Shown here: positions 19,042 to 28,876 of the stretch, one piece after another
Layout: every line of letters begins with the position of its first letter
Position numbering within the stretch: the stretch's first letter is position 1
Assembly (NCBI GenBank): GCA_963792695.1
Contig: CAWBXA010000002.1
Location: 4,441 to 68,440 of the forward strand
DNA from: an uncultured Verrucomicrobiae bacterium
GTDB lineage: Bacteria > Verrucomicrobiota > Verrucomicrobiia > Chthoniobacterales > Chthoniobacteraceae
Direction of reading: 5' to 3'
DNA: 64,000 bases
Position numbers and translations under genes: made by a program
The notes under the pieces: generated by a model
What the model saw: the letters and a program-made list of their open reading frames with translations, nothing else
Database searches by the model: none
What the model was told of the DNA's origin: nothing

Positions 19042-20713
19042 CTACTCGCACTCGCAGACGACGCGGAATCCGACATCGTTGGCGAGGTACTCGGGGGTAT
19101 TGAAGGAGCGGGCGCTTGCACGAAGACTCGCAATGCGCGCGCGCCAACTGCCTCCGCGATAGACCCGCCGCGTGCCGTTGTTGGGACCCTTCGGGTTCAC
19201 CCGCGCCTGGCCGCGATAGAAGTCGAAGAAATCAAGGCACCACTCATAGACGTTCCCGGACAGGTCCTCGACTCCAAAAGGGCTGGCGCCGCGGGGATAC
19301 ATGCCGACCGGCGACGTTTCCGCGTAGCCGTCGTCGATGCTCGGATCGCTCCACGCGAAGCCAGTCCGTTTGTCCGCAAAGTTCGCGTAGTGCCCCGCAT
19401 CGAGCCGATCGCCCCAGGGAAAGACGCGGCTGTCCGTACCCCGCGCCGCGTATTCCCACTCCGCCTCGGTCGGCAGGCGGTACTTGCGGCCTTCGCGCTG
19501 CGTGAGCCACTGGCAGAAGTTCAGCGCATCCTTGTACGAGACGTAGATGACCGGGTGGGCATCATCCGCCCAAGTGGCGCGGCGGATGCGGTGGGCAGCG
19601 TCAAAGGCTTCGTACTGACTGTTCGTCACCGGATAACGTGCCATGTAGAAGCAACTCACGGTGGTGTGTACCGCGGGCTGCTCATGAGGGGCGGCGTCGC
19701 GCGTCTCGCTTCCCATCATAAAGGAGCCGGAGGGAACGAACAGCATCTCCATCGCCAGTTCGTTGTGGAAATTGGGGTAGCGCGCGCGCTCCTGCAAGCG
19801 AGCCACCGGCGAAGTATTCACCACCGGGGCGGCCGGCGAGGCCAACTCCTTCGAGGCCGCGGTTGAAGGACGCACCGCCGCTGGTTTCGCCGCGGGCCTG
19901 GCTGGGGCCACCGGGCTGCTCTTTGGACTGCCCGGCGTGCGCGCGGGCGCCACCGGCTTGAGCGGGGGCATGGGGAGATCGCCCACCTCTTCCAGATATT
20001 CGTCGATGATATCCTCCGCCTGCCCGCCCGTGAGCCCGAGACTCTCGCCCATGTTGCACAGTGCATCGCGTTGGTCATCCGTCATCTCGTCTCCCTCGAG
20101 GCAGAGTTTTGAGAGTTTCAGCACCCGGCGGAAATCCGTGGCCGCGTCGCCTGAGACCCCGACGGAAGAAGCGCTGGCCAGCGGCGCGGGCGCGACGGGC
20201 TCCGGCGGTGGGGCATTCTCAACGCGCCTGGCGCCGACCCGCTCGAGCTCCGCTCCGAGCACGCGCTCCATTTCCTCGCGCAGCAGGCCAAACTTGCTCC
20301 CTTCTTCATAGATGCGCGCCTCGGCGCTCTCACTCACCTCCTGATTCGTGATGAAGAACGGGATGATCTTCTTAAACTCGTTGATCGCCTCCTGGACGAT
20401 CCGGCTGCGCTGCTCGGCATCAATCTGCGCGCGCGACTGCGGATCGAGCAGCCGTGTCCGCGCTTCCGCCAGATAGCCTGGCGCCTCATCGAGGCCGCCC
20501 CGCAGCATCTGCGCGATGGGATTGCTCGGCTGATTTTTCAGCGGCAGCTTTTTCTGCCACCAGACGAGCAGTTGCCGGCAATGATCCTCGATCTGCTCTG
20601 GCGTCGGGTTGGCGTCGAAAGAGAGGCAGAGCCGCTCGTAGCAGTCGTCGGAATTGTACTTCCGCCAACCATCCCACCGCTGGGGATTGTCTGGGAAGGG
20701 GATTCGGCAGCAC
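19042..20713 (-). CDS. J-like N-terminal domain + Pro/Ala linker + C-terminal SUMF1/FGE-fold domain protein (third gene of the Hsp70 operon)
   Basis: ORF 19042..20508. The coding-like frame continues upstream (FPDNPQRWDGWRKYNSDDCYERLCLSFDANPTPEQIEDHCRQLLVWWQKK) with no in-frame start. GTG at 20713 comes into frame if one G of the GGGG run at 20698-20701 is removed. The FGE fold shows YMARYPVTNSQY...RLPTEAEWEYAARG...RGGSW...GFRVV. Confidence 0.75.
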
Positions 20714-20739
20714 CCGAAAAAGAAGCGTTCAGCCCCGCT

Positions 20740-22352
20740 TTACACCACCCTGATCTGCGCCAGATCAGCCGTCGCCAATTCGATTTCACTCTCGGAGAGC
20801 CCCGTATTGCGCGCGATCGAGACGCGGTTCTGCCGGCCATACGCCTCGACCACGACCTCGAGCACCTGGTTCTCGTTATACGAGTAGGTCAGCTCGACCG
20901 GCGAACCTTTGGGCAGGAACGGCGGCAGCTCGATGTCGCAAATGCCGAGCGGCGTGCATTCCGTTGGCACCGTGCTCTCGCCTTCGACCACCCGCACGAT
21001 GGCGTTCTTCATGTTCGCCTTTGCCGTGCCGAAGGAGTTCTTCGTCTGCACCGGCACCGGCGTCATTTTCCGAATCATCGGAAAGACGTATTCTTCGACG
21101 CGCCCATCGTCCCAAAGCACGACGCCCAGCGTATGCGTGGTGATGTTCGTCACCTTGATGAACTGCCCGTCGTCACTGGAAAATTGCTCGCGCACTTCCA
21201 CTGGCAGGGTTCGCTCGCCGAGCCGGTCTTCCTCGCCGAGCAGCGACAGGATCGCCTGCACCGCCGCGCCGACGGCCACCGCTTCATCCGGGCTCACGTC
21301 GTCCGCCACCCCGACGCCGGGCGCGACCCCCGCCATCATCTCGCGGACCGAAGGCATGCGCGTCATGCCGCCGGTGAGCAGGATGCGGTCGATGTTGTCC
21401 CAGGTAAGATTCGCCTCCTGCATGACGATTTCGCAGATCGTCTTGCACTTCTCCAGCAGGTGCCGGGCACGCGCTTCGAAGTCCTCGCGGGTCAACTCCA
21501 GCTTCACGCTCTTGCCGTTGAAGGAGTGAACGATGGTCGTCTTCTGGCGCGAAGAGAGCTGGATTTTGGCGGTTAGCGCGCGCGTGTAGAGGTCCTGGTA
21601 GCTCTGCAGATCCAGCAGCGGATTCTCGCCGTGAATTTTGTCAAACTCCTCGGCCACCCAATTGACGATGAGATCGTCCCAATCCTTGCCGCCGAGGCGA
21701 TGATCGCCATTCGAGGCGAGCATGCGGATGTGATGTCCGTCGATGCGCATGATCGTGACGTCGAAGGTGCCGCCGCCGAGATCGAAGACGAAGACCGTCT
21801 GGTCCCGGTCGAGCTTGTCGAGGCCGTAGGCGAGCGCCGCGGCGGTCGGCTCGTTGATGACTTGCAGGACGTTCAGACCCGCGAGTTGCCCGGCGTGCAG
21901 CGTGGCCGTGCGCTCCGCGTCGTTGAAGTACGCCGGGCACCGTGATGACCGCATCGGTGACCGGTTCGCCCGAGGTAGCGCTCCGCGTCGTTCTTCAGCT
22001 TCTTGATGATCAGCGCGGAAAGCTCCTCCGCGGAGTAGATGCGGCCGTTGAATTCGCGGTGAAACTGGGCTTTGCTCTTGCCCATCTCGCGCTTCACGAA
22101 ATCGACGATTTTCTCGGGCTCGGCGACGGCGTTCTGCTTGGCCATCGAGCCGACGATGGCGTTCTGGCCGTCGAACAGGATCACCGAAGGGGTGATCCGC
22201 TCGCTCTCCGCATTCGGGATGATCTGCGGCTTTCCGTACGCGTCGATGTGCGCGATCGCGCTGAAGGTGGTGCCGAGGTCGATGCCGACAGACTTGCGCG
22301 GCGCCTTGGGGGAGGTGGGATTCACAATGGAAAGCTCAGGAGTACGCTGCAT
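20740..22352 (-). CDS. Hsp70/DnaK-family ATPase, short form (about 535 aa), with two apparent 1-nt insertions near 21940-21975
   Basis: ORFs 21873..22352 and 20740..21954 join as ...[21 protein letters not shown]... Motifs GIDLGTTFS, DLGGGTFDVT, LLTGGMTRMP. Truncated substrate-binding region with no helical lid. Confidence 0.88.
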
Positions 22353-22377
22353 ACGACATGCCGGGGAAGGGGGAACG

Positions 22378-23259
22378 CTAGTCTTCCGACGGTTTCAGCG
22401 CCATGAGAAAACCTTCCTTCCACTTTTTGATGACGACCTCCTCGGCGCGCACGACGCGATCCTTCCAAAGAAAGCCGCGTTTCAAAGTGCGCACGACGGT
22501 CAGGTCTTCATCCGGATCTTCGGCGGCTTCCACAGCGACCGCGCGCTGCGTGCGCTTGTCGAGCTTCCCTTTACCGTTCGGGATTTGCGTGACTTCCAGG
22601 CGCGCCAGGACTTCGAGGATGAACTCCAAGTTGTGCTCGAGATGCAGCCCGATGCTCTCGAGCCGCCTCCCTAGCTCCTGCGATGAAGCGTGGCCCTGCA
22701 TGGCTTCCTGCACGGACGCAAACGGCTCGCTCATCTGCCGGTGAATGACGGAGAGATCATCATAAAGGGTGATCAAATCGCGAATCATCGGGCGATGGAC
22801 CGTATCGAGCAAAAACCCGTCCTTGTAGCTCTTCAGCTCCTCATGGAGCGCATCGAACATCTGGCGGCTGATCGTGTTGCGCTGGTCCACCATCGAGCGC
22901 AGTTCCGTGACGACGCGCGGCAGATCGCGGCGCGCTTCGTTCCCTTCCGCCGTTGATTTGTCGAGCCGGCTCAGGATTTGGGTATGTTCGCCACTCGCGC
23001 GCCCGACGGCTTGCAAGCCCTGTACGACCGGGCGGAGCATTTCGAAGAGCGACATGGCTCCGGGCGCGGGCTCCTCCACGCGCGCGATCTCCGGGGGCGC
23101 CGTCGTGGGGTCGGCGCCGGGTTCAGCGGCTTTCTTGACGACATGCAGCTTCGGAGCCGCGTGGGCGGCGCGATCCTCCAGCTCACGTTCGGCCTCGTGG
23201 ACCAACCCGTGCATCTGGGTCGCAAAATCGGCATCGGACAACTCGATCACGTCTGACAT
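22378..23259 (-). CDS. GrpE-like nucleotide-exchange factor (divergent, long N-terminal region)
   Basis: ORF 22378..23292 with ATG at 23259 (MSDVIEL). C-terminal beta-domain pattern LARLEVTQIPNGKGKLDKRTQRAVAVE...VVRTLKRGFLWKDRVVRAEEVVIKKW. Confidence 0.7.
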   Translation of the reverse strand: MSDVIELSDADFATQMHGLVHEAERELEDRAAHAAPKLHVVKKAAEPGADPTTAPPEIARVEEPAPGAMSLFEMLRPVVQGLQAVGRASGEHTQILSRLDKSTAEGNEARRDLPRVVTELRSMVDQRNTISRQMFDALHEELKSYKDGFLLDTVHRPMIRDLITLYDDLSVIHRQMSEPFASVQEAMQGHASSQELGRRLESIGLHLEHNLEFILEVLARLEVTQIPNGKGKLDKRTQRAVAVEAAEDPDEDLTVVRTLKRGFLWKDRVVRAEEVVIKKWKEGFLMALKPSED

Positions 23260-23325
23260 TCGGGCCAGCAGTAGCGGATACGGTGCCAACACCCAGCGGA
23301 AACGCCGCGGACGGGCCAGCTTCGC

Positions 23326-24135
23326 TCACCCACCGATTCCTGGTACGGCGCGGAGCTGCACTTCGCCCACTTCCAGAGTGAGCGCTTGCTGGGCCACGCG
23401 CAGGAAGCCCTCGGAGGCGTCGGTCAGCGCGACCTGCAACCTGCCAACATGGGAAGTTGGCGCGGCCAGTTGGGCCGCCTGCAACAAATCCCGCAAAGAG
23501 AGGGCGCAATTTTGCGCGGAATCCACCAGACGAATCGCAGGCCCCAGGAAGCGGCCGATGGCCGCACGAAGCAGCGGGTAGTGCGTGCACCCGAGCACCA
23601 GCGTGTCGATTCGCGCTTCCACCAGCGGGCGCGAGATAGCGCTCAATCACTTGGTCGCGTGAGCGAATCTTCCAGCCACCCTTCCTCGATGAGCGGCACG
23701 AGCAGAGGGCATGCTTGCGTGACGACCTCCACCTCCGGCCGGAGCGCATGGATTGCGCGCTCATAGGCGCGGCTGTGGATGGTCGCGCGCGTGCCGATGA
23801 CGCCGATGCGGCCGGTGTGGGTCGCGGCGACCGCCGCCCGCGCGCCGGGCTCGATGACCCCCACGACCGGCACCTTGCAGCAGCTCCTGAAGCCGCGGAA
23901 CGGCGAGCGCGGAGGCGGTATTGCAGGCGACCACGATGGCCTTGGCCTCCTCCGCCAGGAGCAGGCCGGAGATCTCCAGGGAGTAGCGCTCGATGGTGCT
24001 CTGGCTTTTGCCGCCGTAAGGGACGCGCGCGGTGTCGCCGAGATAGAAGATATTCTCCGCCGGGAGCACTTCGCGCAGCGCCGCGGCCACGGTGAGCCCG
24101 CCGATGCCGGAATCGAAAACCCCGATAGGGCGCAC
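23326..24135 (-). CDS. murI: Glutamate racemase, with at least two apparent frameshifts
   Basis: The protein is spread over three frames: (V)[15 protein letters not shown]...[11 protein letters not shown]...VVACNTAS, then [14 protein letters not shown]...TRATI..., then [17 protein letters not shown] start at 24135. Confidence 0.85.
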
Positions 24136-25362
24136 GGCCAGTGTGGCGCGTCGGAGCGCGGCAGGGGAGGGAGCGTGGCGTCGCGCGTCAATTGGTGATG
24201 AGCGCCGGGACTCGCGCGGCGGATGCCGCGACCGCCGCCTCCGTGGAAAGCAGGCGGGGTCGGCGTGGCGCCTCGCTTCTGGGCCGGCCGGGAGCAGCGG
24301 CTCGGCGGCACCGACGGCGCGGCCGCGATCGGCGGCAGATTCTTCAATTCCGGGACGCGCAGCTCGGGATTTTGCACCAACGCCGGGGCTGTCGGGCCCG
24401 CGACCGCGCGGCGATAATTGAGCGCCGCCTCGACGATGCCCGCCGCCATCTGCTCGCGATACTCGGCCAACGCAATCAGCCGCGCATCCGTCGCATTGGA
24501 AAGAAAGCCGCCTTCGATCAGCACGCCGGGAATCGCCAGGTCGCGAATGACGACGAAGCGCGCGCGCTTGATCCCGCGATCCGGCAGATGCGAGCGGACG
24601 ATCAGCGAGGCATGCGTGGCGGTGGCGAGCGCCATGTTTTCGGCATCGCAGCATTGCCCCGGCACTCCTGGGCGTCGGTCACCCGCGGGCCATCGGCCAT
24701 CATGGAGGGCACGCCGCGAGGCGCGAGCGTGTAGGTCTCGATGCCGGTGCCGGCGCCGCTCGGAGTTGAAATGAACCGAGACGAAGAGCGCGTTGGGGAA
24801 GCGGTTGGCAAAGGCGACGCGCTCCTCCAGCGCCGACGAAGACGTCGGCCGAGCGCGTCAGATAGACCTTGAACCCAGCCTGCATGAGCCGCAGCCGCGC
24901 GCGCATCGCCGGTGTCGAGCGTGAAATCTCTTCTCACGCCCGCCCGCCCCTTGTGCGCCGAGGTCCTGCCCGCCATGGCCGGGATCGAGGATGATCGTAT
25001 CGACGGCTCGCTGGCGTTGGCGATGCTTGCTCGGGCGCATCACCGGCTCGATCACTTTCACCAAGTCCATGCGCGAGACGCAAAGTTGCCCGCCAAGGTC
25101 GGTGCACGGGGTAGGAAAGAATGAACTTCAGGTTGTTGATGAAGAAATCCGGCGACCCATCCTCCCCGCGCAAGCTGCGCCCCGCGACCGTCAGCGTCAC
25201 CGACTTCGACGACCGCTGCGCCACCGTCATCCCATAAAACTGGGCCATGTTCTCGAAGGACACATACTCCCGGCCATCATGTTTCAGCAGCGTCCACTCC
25301 ACGGCGCGGCCTGGCAGCCCGCCTGCGAGCAGAGCCAGGAGCAAAAGAAAAGCGGCGCGCAT
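24136..25362 (-). pseudogene. N-acetylmuramoyl-L-alanine amidase (Amidase_3) with an N-terminal secreted domain, with four or more frame breaks; 3' end not resolved
   Basis: Fragments in several frames: MRAAFLLLLALLAGG (signal), [69 protein letters not shown]...IVEAALNY. Confidence 0.75.
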
Positions 25363-25547
25363 CAGAGCCGCAGAGGGTACCGAACCCCGCCCCGCTGGCA
25401 AGCCGTTTCCCCCGCGCCGCCGCCCCACTCGGCAGATGTGAAGATCGCCGAAAACCCGGTGAGCAGCCCGAACTCAAAGGGGGGATCAAGGAAGTCAGCA
25501 GCCGGGAACGTGCACTTGGCGGCATTGCGTTCGGAGCGGGTTCGCGC

Positions 25548-27761
25548 TTGCATCGGGCGCGCGTGCCTTCGCCTTCCCGCTCTCTCTCTGACCGCCGTCG
25601 GCGTCGGGCGCTGGCGCGCATTGCGGTCGGCTGCACGCTGGGCGTGTTGGCCCTGATCTATGCGCCGATCATCCCGCGGGCGTTCATTCTTCTGCTGCGC
25701 GGCGGGCACGACGCTTTGGCGAGCTGGGTGTATCAGCATTCGGAGAGCTTTAGCGCTTACAACAATCTGGAGTTGAAGGCGGGCGACGCGCTGCTGGTCT
25801 ACGGCCGCAAGGCGCCCCTCGATCCGCGGATCATCTTCCTCGCCATCGACTCCCAATCAACAGAACTCGAGTTGATGAGCGACGAAAGGGAGCGGCTCTT
25901 GCGCGACTCGCCTGCCTTGAACCTGATGGCGCAAGGCTTCCCGTTCAATCGGCGCGTCTATGCCATGGTGGTCGAGCGGCTCGCGCAAGCGGGGGCCAAA
26001 GTGGTCGCCTTCGACATGCTCTTCCCCAAGGACAAGGACAACGACGCGGAGGTGCGCTCGGTCTGGCAATGGTACCGCGCGCAACTCGTGGTCGGCAGCA
26101 ATCTGCAAACGCTGGTGGACGAGAATGGCTCCCCGCATCCGGTGCTGGAGCAGCCGACCACGACGCTTATTCCTTTCGAAATGGAGGCCGAGTGCGTAGG
26201 CTTTGTAAACTTCAAACCGGACGTCGATGGCTCCGTGCGGCGGGGCTGGTTTCGTTCGAGCGAGTTGGAATTGAAAGGACAAGATCCGGAGCCCGGGCGG
26301 CCGGAAGTGCTCTCGCTGGCCGCTCGGGCGGCGACCAAGGCAGGCTTTGATGCGGCCATCCCGGCGACCCACGAGACGACCATGTTTCGCTTCGTGGAGG
26401 ATGTGCGTCCACGCTCGCTGTACGAGATTTTCGTGCCCGCGCTTTGGGATGGGAAAAACTACCGGGGCGGCGCGCTCTTCAAGGACAAGATCGTCTTCAT
26501 CGGTCCATTCGGAAATTTCCTGAAGGGGGAACAGGACACACTCCCGACGCCGCTCGGGCAGACGCTTGGACCCCAAATTCACCTGAGCGCCTTAAACGCC
26601 ATCCTGACGAACGACTTTCTCTCGACGCCTCCCATTTGGGCGGAGCTGCTCATCGTCGCGGCGGCTGGCGTGCTGGCCTGGCTGGCAGGACTGGCGGTGC
26701 ATGGACCATTGGCACGCACGGCTCTCCTGCTCGTGATCACCGGAGCCTACATCGGCCTGGCGTTCGTCATCTACAATTCCGCCGGGCTTTGCCTCTCCTT
26801 GCTCAATCCAACGCTCGCGCTGCTTTCGAGCGGCTTTGTCGGGCTGGTCTGGGAAAGAGTCCACGAGCAGATGGAGAAGACCCGCGTGCGGCAGACGCTC
26901 GAGCGTTATGTCTCCAGGGATGTCGTGACCGAAGTGCTCGATAATCCGCAGAGTTTTCTGCACACCGCCGGTGGCGAGCGCCGGCCTTTAACGATTCTTT
27001 TCTCCGATGTGCGCGGCTTCACGACGATCACGGAGAGCGCCGATCCGGCCCAATTGGTGGCGCAGTTGAACGAGTATTTCACCGACATGGTGCGCATCGT
27101 CTTTGCGCATCGGGGGACGCTGGACAAATTCATCGGCGACGCCGTCATGGCGCATTGGGGAGCCATCATGAGCCGCGGGGAAGGGCCGGATGCCTGCCGC
27201 GCGGTGGCGGCGGCGCTCGACATGCTCAAGGCGCTCGAGCGGCTGAATGTGGCTTGGAAAGCGCGTGGCATGCTGGAGCTGCGCATCGGCGTCGGCGTCA
27301 ACCACGGCCACGCCATCTGCGCCAATATCGGGTCGGAGGAGAAGTTCGAGTTCACCGCGATTGGCGACCCGGTGAATCTCGCCTCGCGGCTCGAGGGCGC
27401 GACGAAGCAGTTTCAACAGGACCTGCTCATCGGCGAAGAAGTGGCGCCGCTGGTGCGGCAGGATTTCGTTGTGCGCTCCGTCGATCTCATGCAGGTGAGC
27501 GGGAAAACGAAGCCGGTGGAGGTCTTCACCGTGCTGTCGAATCGGCAGAGCGCCGAGCCGGCGTGGCTGGCGCGCTACGAGGAAGGCATCCGCCTCTTTC
27601 GCGGCCGCGGCTTTGTCGAGGCGGAAGCGGCGTTCTCCGAAGTGCTCGCCACCGCGCCGGGCGACTGGCTGGCCGAAGAGTATTTGCGCCGCTGCCGCGC
27701 CTATCGAGAAACGCCTCCACCTGAGGATTGGAATGGCGTCTCGGTCTTGCGCAGCAAGTAG
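25548..27761 (+). CDS. CHASE2 sensor domain-containing class III adenylate/guanylate cyclase
   Basis: 737 aa, intact. Periplasmic CHASE2-like region, three or four TM segments, then the cyclase core FSDVRGFTTITE...FIGDAVMAHWGA...TAIGDPVNLASRLEG. The start codon is uncertain (TTG 25548 or GTG 25563). Confidence 0.88.
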   Translation: MHRARVPSPSRSLSDRRRRRALARIAVGCTLGVLALIYAPIIPRAFILLLRGGHDALASWVYQHSESFSAYNNLELKAGDALLVYGRKAPLDPRIIFLAIDSQSTELELMSDERERLLRDSPALNLMAQGFPFNRRVYAMVVERLAQAGAKVVAFDMLFPKDKDNDAEVRSVWQWYRAQLVVGSNLQTLVDENGSPHPVLEQPTTTLIPFEMEAECVGFVNFKPDVDGSVRRGWFRSSELELKGQDPEPGRPEVLSLAARAATKAGFDAAIPATHETTMFRFVEDVRPRSLYEIFVPALWDGKNYRGGALFKDKIVFIGPFGNFLKGEQDTLPTPLGQTLGPQIHLSALNAILTNDFLSTPPIWAELLIVAAAGVLAWLAGLAVHGPLARTALLLVITGAYIGLAFVIYNSAGLCLSLLNPTLALLSSGFVGLVWERVHEQMEKTRVRQTLERYVSRDVVTEVLDNPQSFLHTAGGERRPLTILFSDVRGFTTITESADPAQLVAQLNEYFTDMVRIVFAHRGTLDKFIGDAVMAHWGAIMSRGEGPDACRAVAAALDMLKALERLNVAWKARGMLELRIGVGVNHGHAICANIGSEEKFEFTAIGDPVNLASRLEGATKQFQQDLLIGEEVAPLVRQDFVVRSVDLMQVSGKTKPVEVFTVLSNRQSAEPAWLARYEEGIRLFRGRGFVEAEAAFSEVLATAPGDWLAEEYLRRCRAYRETPPPEDWNGVSVLRSK

Positions 27762-27810
27762 CGCCGCGGGAGGGAATTTGGTAGTGGTACAGTTTGTGGG
27801 CAGTCGCTTC

Positions 27811-28218
27811 TCACGCTACCCTATCCGGCCAGAGATCAAGTTGGAATCCGCCTAAGAGCGCATCGATTTGATTCTTCAGCGCCGGTCCGGGGCGACCGAT
27901 CACAACGTCAATCGGGCTGAGGTCGCCATTTTCGTCTCGCAGCACGTTTTGATCGTGAGCATCGCCAAACACGACGCCAATTCTGCGGTTGAAATAAATG
28001 GGCGCTTCCTCAGAAATGGCCGCTTTGTTGAATCGGAGGTTCGCGAAGAATGAGTCGATCTCCGCCCTTGTTGGGTGTGGGGATTGTACCAAATCCACGT
28101 TGATCCAAGGCTGCGTGGTGATGACTTCCATTTGCTCTTCATCGTACGCGATACCTTCGATCCAGATTTCATCTCCAAACAGCACGTTGTGCCATCCCAG
28201 CCTGCGCAAATATTCCAA
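27811..28218 (-). pseudogene. 5'-truncated ORF with a kinase-like catalytic segment (fragment)
   Basis: 135 aa. FGDAHDQNVLRDENGDLSPIDVVI resembles the HxDxxxxN...D catalytic/Mg loop of APH or polyvalent-protein kinases. The frame is open upstream to a TAA inside GTTAAGGC at 28266-28273, with no ATG. Confidence 0.35.
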
Positions 28219-28336
28219 AGGCGTCGCGCTTTCCGCGCTCCGTGCGCTGAATGGCCAAACGTGTTCGTGCGCGTCGCCTTAACGGCCACGCCACGCTCCC
28301 GATCATGGTAAACAGAATGTTCCGCTCCGGTCGTGA

Positions 28337-28588
28337 CTGGGCGAAATCTCTCGACTTAAGAGAGCGGCAACAGCTTTGAAGGCCAAACTCGGCGCTCCAG
28401 CGGCCATCACCGCCACGGCCCACAAATTGGCCCGCATCCGCTATCATCTGATCAAACACCGCTGCCCTTACAACGCCTCCGCCTTTGCCCGCGAAGAAAA
28501 AGTTCACCGCCAGCGCCGCGAGTGCAACCTGCGCAAGCAAGCGGCTCATTTCGGCTTCCAACTCACCCCGATGCAGAGTAAAACCTAG
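28337..28588 (+). pseudogene. C-terminal fragment of an IS110-family transposase, a different species from the two copies below
   Basis: ...LKAKLGAPAAITATAHKLARIRYHLIKH... is the typical C-terminal helix of Transposase_20/IS110 enzymes. No N-terminal part is present. Confidence 0.55.
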
Positions 28589-28605
28589 TCAGTTTCTGAG
28601 GAGGC
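28576..28605. repeat. 30-nt direct repeat, copy 1 (GAGTAAAACCTAGTCAGTTTCTGAGGAGGC)
   Basis: Identical to 33187-33216. Here it supplies the last six codons plus stop (ASSETD*) of the 92-aa ORF on the minus strand. Confidence 0.9.
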
Positions 28606-28863
28606 TTGGCGCACGGGCTTCTTGGCAAACCATTGGATCAGCCCGCAGTTCTCACAGATCAGTGCTACTCCTGACTTGTCTAGCCAATCCAGTTTAAGAA
28701 AAGTGGCGCCAGTCGTGTTGAGAAGCGCTTCACTTTCGTGGAACGTCTCAGCTTGGCAGTGCGTGCAGCGAACTTGTGCACCACCCGCGTTATAACGGGA
28801 AGGTCCGAACGCATTGGCGAATCCTTTGGCTGCGGCTTTAAGGGAAGAGAGTAAATCGCTCAT
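28585..28863 (-). CDS. Hypothetical small zinc-ribbon protein
   Basis: 92 aa. CTHCQ...CENCG cysteine pairs. ATG lies 13 nt from the left end of IS110 copy A. Confidence 0.45.
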   Translation of the reverse strand: MSDLLSSLKAAAKGFANAFGPSRYNAGGAQVRCTHCQAETFHESEALLNTTGATFLKLDWLDKSGVALICENCGLIQWFAKKPVRQASSETD

Positions 28864-28876
28864 GATGGTAGTGGCC

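Noticed and set aside
19042-20713. Calling the FGE-domain protein a formylglycine-generating enzyme or sulfatase maturase, and its N-terminus a bona fide DnaJ domain
   Set aside because: The segment after RGGS lacks both catalytic cysteines. No sulfatase gene is nearby. The N-terminal domain has no HPD motif. Only 'FGE-fold' and 'J-like' can be supported.
20740-20742. Stop-codon read-through or fusion of Hsp70 with the downstream FGE-domain protein (same frame, no start codon after the TAA)
   Set aside because: A GTG at 20713 plus a single-base correction in a GGGG run gives a normal start with a 24-nt spacer. Homopolymer indels are frequent in this window, so a miscall is the simpler explanation.
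28322-28345. GGTCGTGACTGGGCGAA resembles the 5' conserved part of a ZTP (pfl) riboswitch
   Set aside because: The required 3' partner (CCGCCTGGGC-type pseudoknot strand) is absent; only CACCGCCACGGCC is found. The match lies just upstream of the coding remnant of an IS110 transposase, and no purine or folate gene follows.
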